A stretch of DNA of 64,000 nucleotides, taken from contig SLDR01000010.1 of NCBI GenBank assembly GCA_007125155.1, positions 24,490 to 88,489 of the forward strand. The letters run 5' to 3'. Positions 10,043 to 20,302 of this stretch are shown piece after piece (the stretch's first letter is position 1; each line of letters begins with the position of its first letter). A program made the position numbers and the translations under genes. This stretch comes from Candidatus Campbellbacteria bacterium. Lineage in GTDB: Bacteria > Patescibacteriota > Minisyncoccia > Phycocordibacterales > CSBR16-193. The notes under the pieces were generated by a model. That model was not told where the DNA came from, did not search any database, and saw only the letters and a program-made list of their open reading frames with translations.

Positions 10043-10693
10043 CTAATTTTCTTTTGCCGACACTTCATCTTCGTTATCGTTCAGATACTCTCCAACCCTC
10101 ACCTTGGCACAGCGAAGGAGTTGGTCCCGTATCATGTATCCATCCTGAATTACCTCAACAATGATGTTGTCTTTACTTTTGTCTTCCACCTTAACGGTTC
10201 CGACCGCTTCGTGTAAGCAGGGATCGAAATTTTGATCTATCGGGGAGAATGAATATATACCTTTATCATTAAGGATCTTTATAAGCTGGTTTAGTACGTT
10301 CTCCATCCCCTCCTTCCATTCCTTCGGTAGTTCTTCCCAATTACCGCTATTGGCGGTTGCCATTTTAAAACTGTCCAAAACCGGCAATATACTCTCTGCA
10401 AACTTTCTTTCAGACCTTTCTCCGGCTTCCCGGGCCTCTTTTTCGTATCTTCTTCTTATGTTGACGAGGTCGCTTTTAGCTTTTTGCCACCCATCCAAAT
10501 ATTCCGCTTTTTCATTACGGCACTTTTTAAGTTCTATTTTAAGTTTATGCAATTTATCTTTAGATCCACCTTCTTCCTCTTCGATCGCATCGGGCTCCTC
10601 TTCGAAAGTGACGTCATTCTTTTCATACTCTTCGCCATTGATGGATACTTTTTTTTCAAGGTCTTTCTTTTTGTTTCTATTGTCCGCCTTCAT
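10043..10693 (-). CDS. grpE: Nucleotide exchange factor GrpE
   Basis: LPVLDSF, FDPCLHEAV and QDGY...LLRCAKVRV motifs; directly upstream of dnaK. Confidence 0.95.
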   Translation of the reverse strand: MKADNRNKKKDLEKKVSINGEEYEKNDVTFEEEPDAIEEEEGGSKDKLHKLKIELKKCRNEKAEYLDGWQKAKSDLVNIRRRYEKEAREAGERSERKFAESILPVLDSFKMATANSGNWEELPKEWKEGMENVLNQLIKILNDKGIYSFSPIDQNFDPCLHEAVGTVKVEDKSKDNIIVEVIQDGYMIRDQLLRCAKVRVGEYLNDNEDEVSAKEN

Positions 10694-10829
10694 TTCTTGA
10701 TATTTATGATAAACAGCATCACTATAATATGTTTAAACAAATCTGTTTCTGTAACGTGTCATAATTATGAGAATAACATTGATCAGACACCAATATTCAT
10801 TTAGCTCCGGCTCTTTATTGGAGTAACCC

Positions 10830-11243
10830 TTATCTTTTGGACCACTGAGGTGACTTGCGTGATTTTTTAAGTCCGAATTTCTTTCTCTCCTTCCTTCTCG
10901 GATCGCGTTTCAGAAAACCCGCCTTTTTAAGTTTGGGCCTAAGATTCGGATCTATTTCGGTTAACGCTCTTGCGATTCCGTGCAAAAGCGCCCCGGCTTG
11001 GCTAGAAGACCCACCGCCTTTAATGAGTGCGGACACGTGAAATTTCTTATCCACTCCGCTTTCTTCAAAAACCCTTTCCACCAAGATCCTCAGTTCCTCT
11101 CTGGGAAAGTAGTCTTCCAAACTCCTTTCGTTTATTGAAAAGGAATTCTCTTTGTTTTCAAATAAACGAACTCTAGCGACCGCCGATTTACGCCGACCTG
11201 CCGCCTCAATGTATTTTTGTTTTGTATTTTCTGTTGTAGCCAT
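10830..11243 (-). CDS. rpsI: 30S ribosomal protein S9
   Basis: GRRKSAVARV and RDPRRKERKKFG...PQWSKR. Confidence 0.98.
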   Translation of the reverse strand: MATTENTKQKYIEAAGRRKSAVARVRLFENKENSFSINERSLEDYFPREELRILVERVFEESGVDKKFHVSALIKGGGSSSQAGALLHGIARALTEIDPNLRPKLKKAGFLKRDPRRKERKKFGLKKSRKSPQWSKR

Positions 11244-11246
11244 GAT

Positions 11247-11621
11247 CTATTCAAATATTTTCAAACGATTCATTAGTTTGGGCCGTAACTTGTTATTGGG
11301 TAACATGCCGTATACGGCCCTCCTGAATGCCTCCCCCGCTCCGCGTCTCTCGATCAATTTTTTTAAAGTTTCTTCTTTTTTACCACCCGGATATCCGGAA
11401 TATTTTACATATACTTTGTTTACCGTTTTGTTTCTCGTTGTTATGCGAACCGAAGATGCATTCTCGATAACCACTTTTTTTCCCATGATGCGGTTTTTCA
11501 CGAAATCCGGGGAGTTCTTTCCCCTTAAAGTTTCGGCCGCCTCTGTCGCAACACGTCCGAACGATCTGCCGGCGGCATCTATGGTTACCTCATCATTTGT
11601 TTTTATGTCTTTTGTGTTCAT
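11247..11621 (-). CDS. rplM: 50S ribosomal protein L13 (short form)
   Basis: IDAAGRSFGRVAT, YSGYPGG and AVYGMLPNNKL motifs. Start moved to ATG 11621 (MNTKDIK). Confidence 0.95.
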   Translation of the reverse strand: MNTKDIKTNDEVTIDAAGRSFGRVATEAAETLRGKNSPDFVKNRIMGKKVVIENASSVRITTRNKTVNKVYVKYSGYPGGKKEETLKKLIERRGAGEAFRRAVYGMLPNNKLRPKLMNRLKIFE

Positions 11622-11661
11622 GTTCCGAGTTATTCTATTCGTGCACTGTTGAAATGTCAAT

Positions 11662-12012
11662 TTATTCGACAAATTCTATGCAAGCCATAGGGCTGGCGTC
11701 TCCCACTCTAACGGAAAGCTTGCTTATTCGAGTGTAACCCCCGCTTCTTTCCTTAAACCTGGGAGCCAGATCCTCGAAAACCTTTAATGAAGCGTCTTTT
11801 CCGACCAGAGCGCTCACCCTTCTTCTGTCGGAGAGAGTGCCTTTTTTTCCATAAGTGATCAGCCGTTCCGCGAAAGGCCTAAGCTCTTTAGCTTTCATTT
11901 CAGTTGTTTTTATACGCTCATTTACAATAAGTGCTCTTGCCAATGAATTCAAAAGAGCCTTTCTTTGCTTCGAGGGTCTGTTGAATGAGCGGATTTTATT
12001 GTGGTGTTTCAT
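11662..12012 (-). CDS. rplQ: 50S ribosomal protein L17
   Basis: [13 protein letters not shown] and RSGGYTRI motifs. Confidence 0.97.
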   Translation of the reverse strand: MKHHNKIRSFNRPSKQRKALLNSLARALIVNERIKTTEMKAKELRPFAERLITYGKKGTLSDRRRVSALVGKDASLKVFEDLAPRFKERSGGYTRISKLSVRVGDASPMACIEFVE

Positions 12013-12033
12013 ATTTATATCGTTTTTTCAAAC

Positions 12034-13014
12034 CTATTTTTCTTTCGGTGACAGATCATGTTCCGCAAGAATATCCTTGATCTCTTGAACCGCTTTTTCT
12101 CCGAGACCTTCCAAAGCCAGAAGGTCTTCTTCCGATTTTCTTATGAGGCCACTGACCGTTCTTACGCCGGCATTTGAAAGTGCATTCATTGTCCTGGCCG
12201 AAAGACCGATCTCCTCGACGGGGGTTTTCAAGAACATCTCCGTGTCCTGTCCGTCTTTGGTCATCTCTTCTTCCCCGGTTTCGGACATATCATATAGTTC
12301 ACTCTCGCTGGCCTCTTCTTTGAAACCTACAACAGCCTTTAGTTGCTCTATCATAATTGAGATGGATCGTTCCAATGCCTCGTGGGGAGATATCGTTCCA
12401 TCGGTCTCTATGGAGATCTTTAGAAGGTTGAAATCGGTCCTGTCGCCAACACGCATATTCTCAACTTCATAAGAAACCCTTCTTATGGGAGTGAAGACAG
12501 CGTCAACCGCTATTGTCCCAATTGCCATCTTTTCCTTTTTCAGCTCATCCTTTGTAACGAAGCCAAGTCCTTGTTCGACTGTAAGTTCCATGTCCAAGGA
12601 AGCTTTCTTGTCAGTAAGTGTCGCGATATGTTGCTCCGGATTAACTATCTCGACTGCGCTGTTTGATGCGCCTAAGTCACCGGCCACAATAACGCCATCC
12701 CCCTTCTTTGAAAGGGTTATCTTCTGTGGTCCATCCGTATGAAGTCTCGCTCTGATCTTTCTGATGTTCAAAAGTATTGTTATAACATCCTCCTTCACGC
12801 CGTCTATGGTTGAGAATTCGTGATTCACACCTTCAATTTTTACGGTTGTCACCGCAACTCCCGGTAGCGATGAGAGGATTATCCTACGGATCGAATTTCC
12901 GAGAGTGTGGCCGTAACCGGGATAAAGACCTTCTATTTCATAGACCCCTTTGTTGTCTTCCTCAAGAATTATCTTTGGCCTGGAAGGAGTCACTATGGTC
13001 GGTTGTGTATTCAT
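12034..13014 (-). CDS. rpoA: RNA polymerase alpha subunit
   Basis: GYGHTLGNSIRRIILSSLPG, HEFSTIDGVKEDV and an alpha-CTD. Confidence 0.99.
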   Translation of the reverse strand: MNTQPTIVTPSRPKIILEEDNKGVYEIEGLYPGYGHTLGNSIRRIILSSLPGVAVTTVKIEGVNHEFSTIDGVKEDVITILLNIRKIRARLHTDGPQKITLSKKGDGVIVAGDLGASNSAVEIVNPEQHIATLTDKKASLDMELTVEQGLGFVTKDELKKEKMAIGTIAVDAVFTPIRRVSYEVENMRVGDRTDFNLLKISIETDGTISPHEALERSISIMIEQLKAVVGFKEEASESELYDMSETGEEEMTKDGQDTEMFLKTPVEEIGLSARTMNALSNAGVRTVSGLIRKSEEDLLALEGLGEKAVQEIKDILAEHDLSPKEK

Positions 13015-13044
13015 ATTTAAACTTTTTAATTTTTTAAATGATTA

Positions 13045-13659
13045 TTAACGGCTGTAAAATTCCAGAACCGCATTTATATCAAAAAAAAGATCAACCTCTT
13101 CTTTGATCGGATCTCCTTTTAAAGTGACGGATTTTTTGGCGGGATCGACCCGTAGCCACGAAACCACCGTTGACAGAGTCAGGGACTCATCCTCCATGTT
13201 TTTGAAAAGCCCTTTTTCCAGACTCCTTGGTTTAATTGTAACTGTGTCGCCGACCTTGAGCTTATATGAAGGTATGGTTACTTTTCGGTCATTTACCATT
13301 ATATGGCCGTGTGATATGAGCTGGCGGCAAAATAATCTGGTTGGTCCGAATCCCGATCTGTTCAGAACACTGTCGAGGCGCTTTTCCAAAGACTCAAAAA
13401 GTGCATCAGGTATTTCTTTGCCTTTCTGTTTCATTGCCTGACGAACAAGCCTTTCAAAGGATCTCTCGGATAAGGCATAAGAATATCTACCTTTCTGTTT
13501 TTCTATGAGACGAAGACCATAGTCAGTTATTTGTTTTCTTCGCTTACTTTGTCTTTTTGATTTCTTTGATTCCGAAAGTGCGAATTTCTGCGTCTGTGTC
13601 TTTTCAAACACGGGCGCTCCGAGTCGTTTTGCAATTTTATATTTTGGTCCTATCTTCAT
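13045..13659 (-). CDS. rpsD: 30S ribosomal protein S4
   Basis: YGLRLIEKQK, LEKRLDS, RQLISHGHI and EFYSR motifs. Confidence 0.97.
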   Translation of the reverse strand: MKIGPKYKIAKRLGAPVFEKTQTQKFALSESKKSKRQSKRRKQITDYGLRLIEKQKGRYSYALSERSFERLVRQAMKQKGKEIPDALFESLEKRLDSVLNRSGFGPTRLFCRQLISHGHIMVNDRKVTIPSYKLKVGDTVTIKPRSLEKGLFKNMEDESLTLSTVVSWLRVDPAKKSVTLKGDPIKEEVDLFFDINAVLEFYSR

Positions 13660-13714
13660 AATTTTAATGGTCTATTGATATTTGAATAGTTTGATATGGT
13701 TTATCGTTAACCCA

Positions 13715-14143
13715 CTAAACCCTTCTGGGTTTCTTGGGTCTCGGTCCATTGTGCGGTACCGGTGTAACGTCGACTATCTTTACTATCGAAAGACCTTTGG
13801 ATACGAATCCTCTTATGGATGATTCACGCCCCGAACCGACACCTTTTACCGAAACCTTTATATCTCTTGCACCCATTGCATAAACCTGCTCACCGATTAA
13901 TTCACCCACTTTGGCCGCAGCGAACGGAGTTCCTTTCTTTGCGCCCTTAAACCCCAAAGATCCCGCCGATGAACTGGTTATTATATTCCCTTTGATATCG
14001 GCGAAAGCCACCTTGGTATTATTGTATGTCGCATGAACGTACAGTGTCCCTGTGTCAAGCTTTCTTTTTATGGTCTTACCGCCTTTTCGATATTTACCCT
14101 CGCTTTCACTTCCGGACTTTTTTACAATTCGTTTTTTTCCCAT
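13715..14143 (-). CDS. rpsK: 30S ribosomal protein S11
   Basis: ATYNNT, KGTPFAA and DVTPVPHNGPRPKKPRRV. Confidence 0.98.
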   Translation of the reverse strand: MGKKRIVKKSGSESEGKYRKGGKTIKRKLDTGTLYVHATYNNTKVAFADIKGNIITSSSAGSLGFKGAKKGTPFAAAKVGELIGEQVYAMGARDIKVSVKGVGSGRESSIRGFVSKGLSIVKIVDVTPVPHNGPRPKKPRRV

Positions 14144-14222
14144 TTTTAATTATTCTTGCTTTGAAAATATGAATCCACGACTTTTAATATTTACCATAAA
14201 AGCTAACCTATGTAAATAGAGT

Positions 14223-14606
14223 TTATTTCTTTTCCGTCTTCCTGCGACCTGTACCCATTGTTTTTCTAATATTTCCCCTCCTGGTCCTGGAGTTTGTTTT
14301 TGTTCTTTGGCCTCGACAGGGAAGCTTTCTTGAGTGACGCATTCCGCGATATGATTTTATATCCTGTTGACGCTTTATGTCCGAAGATACCCGCCTCCTG
14401 AGGTCTCCTTCGATTATGTAATTTTCCTCTATATACTTCCTGATCTTCACTTCCTCATCATCGGTGAGTTCATTTGACCTTTTACCTCTGTCTATGCTAA
14501 GAGCATCTAGTATTTCACCGGCACGCGAAAAACCTATTCCGTAAACTTCGGTTAATGCTATTTCAAGACGTTTATTGTCAGGGATGGTTATACCTATTAT
14601 GCGCAT
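14223..14606 (-). CDS. rpsM: 30S ribosomal protein S13
   Basis: LTEVYGIG, YRGMRH and LPCRGQRTKTNSRT motifs. Confidence 0.98.
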   Translation of the reverse strand: MRIIGITIPDNKRLEIALTEVYGIGFSRAGEILDALSIDRGKRSNELTDDEEVKIRKYIEENYIIEGDLRRRVSSDIKRQQDIKSYRGMRHSRKLPCRGQRTKTNSRTRRGNIRKTMGTGRRKTEKK

Positions 14607-14722
14607 ATTGAAATTTATTTTCGCAACTTACTTTATACTCAATGTGTTAATAATGCAACCCCCCGAGGGGATAACTTTCGGCCGACCCTCAATGATTTCA
14701 AATCTTTCATTTACAAAAAACT

Positions 14723-14839
14723 TCAACCTTGACGTTGTTTGTGGCGAGGGTTTGATTTACATATGACAAAAACCCTTCCTTGTCGTCTTACGGTTTTGCA
14801 ATTTGGACATATTTTTTTTACTGAAGATCTGACTTTCAT
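14723..14839 (-). CDS. rpmJ: 50S ribosomal protein L36 (zinc-binding C+ form)
   Basis: Manual translation [38 protein letters not shown]; below the ORF-track size cutoff. Confidence 0.98.
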   Translation of the reverse strand: MKVRSSVKKICPNCKTVRRQGRVFVICKSNPRHKQRQG

Positions 14840-14848
14840 ATTTTTATA

Positions 14849-15067
14849 TTACATTCGTCGTATTATCCTACCTTTTTCGCTACTATAAGGATCGACTTCA
14901 ACTATAACTTTATCTCCGATCAGGACCTTTATTCTGAATTTCCTCATTTTTCCGGCAAGATATGCCTGCATTTCAGTACCATCGTCCAGTTCGACCTTGA
15001 ACCTGGTATCAGGATACGCTTCGGTCACAACACCTGTTACCTGTTTAATGTCTTTATCCTTTGTCAT
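14849..15067 (-). CDS. infA: Translation initiation factor IF-1
   Basis: GVVTEAYPDTRFKVEL, AGKMRKFRIKVLIGDKV and KGRIIRR. Confidence 0.97.
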   Translation of the reverse strand: MTKDKDIKQVTGVVTEAYPDTRFKVELDDGTEMQAYLAGKMRKFRIKVLIGDKVIVEVDPYSSEKGRIIRRM

Positions 15068-15152
15068 TTATGTAATGTTCTATATTTTTGATTTTGATCG
15101 GTCAAGATACTTGATGGTACCAAAATAGCTGAAAAAGTCAACATTTAGTTGA

Positions 15153-16535
15153 TCAATGTTCCGTTGTTATCTTGATTCTTTCAGGATTGCTTGGCAGGTA
15201 AGGCATCCAAAAAGGAGAGATGGATATCTTTGCTTCCACTATCGGATTTTCGCTTTGATTTATTATCAGATTGATCCTCTCCGTGTCTCTGACGGAAAGC
15301 CCGGCCAGATTTTTCGATAAAAGCTCCTTATCTATCCTTTGGTAAAAATCCACGTCTCCTGATACCGTGAATGTAATTTCATCTCTTTCATACAGGTTAT
15401 GCGTATCTTCGGGCTCAAAGGTTACACGTTCCCAGTTCTTTATCTCGACATGCTTTTCTTCATCGAAGGTTTCTTTGTAAAGATGACCGACGAGATCTTC
15501 TTCTTTCAATATTACTCCATGTAATACGGCATTCATCTCCAGAACAGCTTTTCCGTTTTCGTACCTTATTTTTTCACTTTCCTCCACCGTGTAGGCTCCT
15601 TTCAGCATTAAAAAACCACCCGGAACAGACCTTTCGACTTCGGATAGCAACTCCTCTTTTATTCCTTCCCGAATATCGAATCTTACCTGTTCGAGATCGT
15701 TTTCATCCACTATCGGGATCGTTCCTGACCCTCCGCCCGTCATTGGCGTCTCTGACCTGGCATAAATACCTTCAAATTGCGGCATACCCTCGAATCCCGG
15801 GATGGTGAATCTTGTCGGCCCTATATTGTAATTTGATCCGACTTCGTCTGCATATACATTTGTTCGCACAGTGCCCGGTTCTCCGCCACTCATTCCCGGA
15901 ACGGTCAGATTTCCCTGTATTCTGAATATCAGACCCTCGGGACTTTTGAACCTGGTATTTGTTATAAGAACCTGTTGAGATTCGCTGAATTCATTGTAAA
16001 CGGTGATCATTCCGGTAGCCTTTTCTTCAATACGCTCTTCTCCGGTCGCTTCCAGTGTTGCTTGTCGATGTTTTTTGGTATTTATACTAATGATATCGAA
16101 ACCGATATCTTGAGCCGAAGGTTCTTTGTACACGGTTAGTGTTTTATCAATATCGGCCTTTTTGCTTATCGGCGTAATGGTTACCTCGGCTGTGGCGAAT
16201 TGTGAAGATATTCCGAACCCCAAGACCATAATGGTTCCCAACCCCAACGCCATTCCTCCTATCCACCATGCGGTCTTTTTATTTTTCTTTTTTTCAAGTG
16301 GTGAGTATATTCTTGATGCATTATCTCTGTCTTCCGTATCTTCCGTATCATCATGTGATTCTTCAGGGATGTCGTTTTCCGTCTCCAGAGGAACCTTGAA
16401 ATCATGGATCTTACGCACATTGTTCTCTTTTTTATCTTCACCACTTACGCTATCCCCCGCGGGGCCATCTTCAAAACGAGGTGAAACCACATTCCTTATG
16501 GATCTTTTGTTATTTGGTGGTGTTATATCTTTCAT
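15153..16535 (-). CDS. Single-pass membrane protein with a baseplate-J-like extracytoplasmic domain
   Basis: Disordered N-terminus, one TM helix, then KATGMITVYN...NTRF...VYADEVGSNYNIG...MTGG, resembling baseplate J/gp47-like segments (recalled, not searched). Confidence 0.65.
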   Translation of the reverse strand: MKDITPPNNKRSIRNVVSPRFEDGPAGDSVSGEDKKENNVRKIHDFKVPLETENDIPEESHDDTEDTEDRDNASRIYSPLEKKKNKKTAWWIGGMALGLGTIMVLGFGISSQFATAEVTITPISKKADIDKTLTVYKEPSAQDIGFDIISINTKKHRQATLEATGEERIEEKATGMITVYNEFSESQQVLITNTRFKSPEGLIFRIQGNLTVPGMSGGEPGTVRTNVYADEVGSNYNIGPTRFTIPGFEGMPQFEGIYARSETPMTGGGSGTIPIVDENDLEQVRFDIREGIKEELLSEVERSVPGGFLMLKGAYTVEESEKIRYENGKAVLEMNAVLHGVILKEEDLVGHLYKETFDEEKHVEIKNWERVTFEPEDTHNLYERDEITFTVSGDVDFYQRIDKELLSKNLAGLSVRDTERINLIINQSENPIVEAKISISPFWMPYLPSNPERIKITTEH

Positions 16536-16655
16536 TGATTTTTTTTAAAATTCTTAAAAAATGGTTCATCACCATTTATTGATCCTAATTATAACTTATA
16601 ATCTTCAGTTTTTAAATTATCATATGAGGATATTCTGGTCGGATCCTCTTCTTTT

Positions 16656-17816
16656 TCACTCCGTTCCTTTGTCGGAATTGATCTTGCGGTTAACAAAGAG
16701 ACCGCAAATGATCATCTCCATATCGCTTTCATCAAAATCATACTTAACGATCTCGGAGAGATACTCATGCAATGGCCGGATCTCGGTTTCGGGATGCTTC
16801 TTTATCAGAACATTCTTGAACGCCATTTCGATCCTTTGGTTTGAGTTGAAATAGACGATATCGGGGATCCAGTTCATATTCTTTTCGTACTCCAGCTCCC
16901 AGAATTGCATAATTGAAGATATGGTGTTTTCCAATTTTTTCAAGAAACCCTTTTCGCATTCTTCCGAGAAGTACATTGAAACGTAAGAAAGAGCTACGCA
17001 TCGGGGAACTTCGAACTTCTTCTCAATTTCTTCCAAAATTTTCGAATACCCGTGGTGTATATGTAGGTGTTCTTTCACGACATCATTCTCGATAAGAGTG
17101 ATAAGTGTTTCCGAGGTATTCACGTTCACATATTTTTTCAGACCTTTCTCATTAGATCTTCTTATGAGATCCGTAACGGCGTCGTTTTTTGGAAAAAAAT
17201 AGACCGGAGTCGATCCGACCGTTTTTTTTATCTGAGATCGGAGTGACTCAAGAAGCTCTGCCGGCGCGACGGAATTGAAGAGAGAAATATCCAACTCCTT
17301 TGCTTCGATCCCGTACGGTTTTTTGGCCGGGTACCCATTCAAACAGACGGATGTCACTTCCTTTTTTATGAATTCTATGGAATCTTTTTTTTGAAGAATC
17401 AGATCGGGAGCGTCATCGATCTTCGCTATTTCCTTGCTTAAAATATCATCGATCAGCTCCTTAGTTATTCTAAAAGATGTATTTTCTTTGTGTGTGGTTT
17501 TGCTAAGGTAGCTGTATTGATAGGGAGAATCTATCATGAATACACATCTCTCAATGTAAAACTCAGTCAAACCATCACCTTTTGTCAGACCCCTGTGCGC
17601 TCTATCGGCAAGATCATTGATCACGGCAGTAACGGCCTGCTCAAGCTCCGTTATTGAGCTGAAAAGACCTTCGAGAGTGGTTCTGGTGTTGTTTATGTGA
17701 ATGAATATACCCTCTTCCCCGCTTTGGCCGGGGTCTATTAGCGCGCCCTGAACTCCGCTCTCGGACACATCAATGATCGCAACTGCAGGTAATTTTGAAC
17801 TCGCAAATAAATTCAT
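16656..17816 (-). CDS. Divergent FtsA/PilM-like actin-fold protein
   Basis: N-terminal AIIDVSESGVQGAL (phosphate-1-like), a LNGY motif and a second VNVNTSETLITL segment. Start moved to ATG 17816, just after the alaS stop. Confidence 0.55.
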   Translation of the reverse strand: MNLFASSKLPAVAIIDVSESGVQGALIDPGQSGEEGIFIHINNTRTTLEGLFSSITELEQAVTAVINDLADRAHRGLTKGDGLTEFYIERCVFMIDSPYQYSYLSKTTHKENTSFRITKELIDDILSKEIAKIDDAPDLILQKKDSIEFIKKEVTSVCLNGYPAKKPYGIEAKELDISLFNSVAPAELLESLRSQIKKTVGSTPVYFFPKNDAVTDLIRRSNEKGLKKYVNVNTSETLITLIENDVVKEHLHIHHGYSKILEEIEKKFEVPRCVALSYVSMYFSEECEKGFLKKLENTISSIMQFWELEYEKNMNWIPDIVYFNSNQRIEMAFKNVLIKKHPETEIRPLHEYLSEIVKYDFDESDMEMIICGLFVNRKINSDKGTE

Positions 17817-17817
17817 T

Positions 17818-19605
17818 TTATTCCAAAACGGCTTTGACTCTCCTAACCCCTTCAGAGACCGATTCTTCTTTAATGATCTTGAATTTTCCCAGGGCACCGG
17901 TATTTTCTACGTGAGGACCGCCACACAGCTCCTTGCTGAATACGCCTGTCTCACCGTCGCCTATGTAGTAAACCTTTACCTGATCGGAGTACCTGTCCCC
18001 GAAGACACCATCGATCCCTTTTTCTCGCGCTTCCTGGAGGGTCATCTCTTCGCATATGACGGGTAATTTTCGGTCTATGGCATCGTTGACGATATCCTCG
18101 ATCTTATTTTTTTCTTCCTCCGTGAGCTTGCTGTGGTGAGAGAAATCGAATCTGGCTCTTTCGGCTGTTATGTTACTGCCCTTCTGTTTGACGTGTTCTC
18201 CCAGGACCTTCTTCAGTGCGGCATTTAAGAGATGTGTCGAGGTGTGATATTTTGTCTCTTCTTCCCCGGATCCCGCCAGTCCTCCTTTGAACTTTCCCGC
18301 CGTCCCCTTTCGGGAAATTTTTTGATGTTCTTCATATGCCTTTCGAAACCCCTCGACATCCACCCTGATGCCTTTCTCGTTAGCCAGATCAACGGTCATG
18401 TCTATGGGAAAGCCATAAGTGGAGAAAAGCAGAAAGGCATCTTCACCGCTTATGTCGTATTCTGACATTTTTTCAAATCTCTTCAGGCCCTCTTTTAGAG
18501 CATCTTTAAATTTATGGATCTCTATCTCGATCTTATTCGTAAGGTCAGTCGATGACGATCCGATCTCAGGATAAGCGTCTTTGTACTTTTCGATCACTTC
18601 CCTTGCGATCTCTATTATCAGTTCGAGGGCTTCTTTTTCATCGGATGATGATGCGGCCATTCTGAAGGCTCGTCTCAACAGGCGCCTTACTATGTACCCT
18701 CTGTCAGTATTGGAAGGAGTGACCCCGTCCGATATGATGAAAACCGTCGCCCGGATATGATCGCATATTATATTTTTTGCCCTTCGGTCCATCTGTGGGC
18801 GGAGATCTTCTATCTTTTTCATCATCGGTTCGAACAGATCGGTCTCGAAAACCGATGATCTGTTTTGCAGTACCGCCGTGACCCTCTCCAGGCCGGCCCC
18901 CGTATCAACACTTTTGTTCTTTAAGGGCCCTTTAATTTTTCCTTTTTCTTTCTCGTATTGCATGAATACGTCATTCCATATCTCTATGACATCACCATTC
19001 TCGTCCGCTTTCTGGAACTCTTCCGGTGTCAAATCTCCGAGTCCCGCGGGAGTTACGTCGTAGAACATCTCGGAATCAGGTCCGCAAGGGCCGTTATCAC
19101 CCGGACTCCACCAATTTTCAGAGGCCGGTCTGAAATATATTCTTGATTCTTTGATCCCGATATTTTTCCATATTTCCGCGGCCTCTTCATCTCTGGGAGC
19201 ATTAATGTCACCTTCGAATACCGTAACATAGAGGCGCTCAGGGTCCATGCCGAAACCTTCGCTTTCGGAAGTAAGGAGTTCGTAACTCCATTTTAGAGCT
19301 TCTTCTTTAAAATAGTCTCCCAATGACCAATTGCCGAGCATCTCGAAGAAGGTCAAGTGAGTATTATCACCCACCTCTTCTATATCGTTCGTTCTGACGC
19401 ACTTTTGAACATTGGCCAATCGCTTACCCCGGGGGTGTTTCTCTCCAAGGAGATAAGGTACTAAAGGTTGCATACCTGCGGTTGTGAACAGAACCGAAGG
19501 ATCATTTTCGGGTATCAATGACGATGAGGGAATTATCGCATGACCTCTTTTTTCAAAAAAACTTAAGAATCTTTTGCGTATTTCGGATGAATGCATAAAT
19601 GTCAT
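17818..19605 (-). CDS. alaS: Alanine--tRNA ligase lacking the C-Ala domain
   Basis: LFTTAGMQP, HLTFFEMLGN, DTGAGLER; editing-domain HTSTH and ELCGGPH. Confidence 0.97.
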   Translation of the reverse strand: MTFMHSSEIRKRFLSFFEKRGHAIIPSSSLIPENDPSVLFTTAGMQPLVPYLLGEKHPRGKRLANVQKCVRTNDIEEVGDNTHLTFFEMLGNWSLGDYFKEEALKWSYELLTSESEGFGMDPERLYVTVFEGDINAPRDEEAAEIWKNIGIKESRIYFRPASENWWSPGDNGPCGPDSEMFYDVTPAGLGDLTPEEFQKADENGDVIEIWNDVFMQYEKEKGKIKGPLKNKSVDTGAGLERVTAVLQNRSSVFETDLFEPMMKKIEDLRPQMDRRAKNIICDHIRATVFIISDGVTPSNTDRGYIVRRLLRRAFRMAASSSDEKEALELIIEIAREVIEKYKDAYPEIGSSSTDLTNKIEIEIHKFKDALKEGLKRFEKMSEYDISGEDAFLLFSTYGFPIDMTVDLANEKGIRVDVEGFRKAYEEHQKISRKGTAGKFKGGLAGSGEEETKYHTSTHLLNAALKKVLGEHVKQKGSNITAERARFDFSHHSKLTEEEKNKIEDIVNDAIDRKLPVICEEMTLQEAREKGIDGVFGDRYSDQVKVYYIGDGETGVFSKELCGGPHVENTGALGKFKIIKEESVSEGVRRVKAVLE

Positions 19606-19675
19606 CTTATCAAAATTAAAGATAAAGAGGAATATTCAAAAAGACCGGTCAAGATCCCCTTTCTTCGTGCGCGGA

Positions 19676-20290
19676 TCAGTAAGATAATTTTTCTTTTATC
19701 ATACTCCTCAGAACTTCAAAATCTTTTTTAAGTTCATCTTTTCTGGAACTATTGTATATAGCGACAGCCGGATGGTAGAGCGGAACTATAAAAACTTCAC
19801 CATATGAAAATTTTGCTTTGAATTTTCTTCCTCTTACTTCGCTTATTGTCATTTTGAATGATTCATCCACATATCTGTAAAAAATGTATCTCATAGCATG
19901 TCTTCCCAGGGGTGCTAATATACGAGGTTTTATTATATCTATCTGTCGATCAAGAAAGGGAGCGTAGATGTTTATTTCATCAGCCGATGGATCGCGATTC
20001 ATGGGAGGCCGGTCTTTAACTATGTTCGTTATGTACACATCCTCTCTTTCGATATCCACGTGTTTTAAAAGTTCGTCGAGTATTTTGCCCGCCGATCCGC
20101 AGAACGGCCTTCCGGTCAGAGATTCATTTTTACCGGGAGCTTCTCCCACCATCATTATGTCCGCTTCATAACTTCCCTCGCCAACCACCGGATGGACCTC
20201 GTTTTTGATCCTCTCATTGTAAAGGGGTGATGCTGTCAAGTTTACCACTTCCTCTGTTATCGCTTTCATTTTTTCGACCTTTTCTTCCAT
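19676..20290 (-). CDS. Uracil-DNA glycosylase, family 4-like
   Basis: VGEAPG, GRPFCGSAG, YITNIVKDRPPMNRDP and YHPA motifs; the Fe-S cysteines are absent. Confidence 0.93.
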   Translation of the reverse strand: MEEKVEKMKAITEEVVNLTASPLYNERIKNEVHPVVGEGSYEADIMMVGEAPGKNESLTGRPFCGSAGKILDELLKHVDIEREDVYITNIVKDRPPMNRDPSADEINIYAPFLDRQIDIIKPRILAPLGRHAMRYIFYRYVDESFKMTISEVRGRKFKAKFSYGEVFIVPLYHPAVAIYNSSRKDELKKDFEVLRSMIKEKLSY

Positions 20291-20302
20291 CCTTTAAAAA
20301 AT

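Noticed and set aside
10801-10827. TTAGCTCC...GGAGTAA upstream of grpE as a CIRCE element
   Set aside because: Does not match TTAGCACTC-N9-GAGTGCTAA; more likely a hairpin after rpsI.
15153-16535. Baseplate-like gene as evidence of a prophage
   Set aside because: It is membrane-anchored, sits among core genes, and has no other phage genes nearby.
2967-19605. Short AspRS, AlaRS and L13
   Set aside because: Streamlined forms that I recall as common in CPR; not pseudogenes and not novel.
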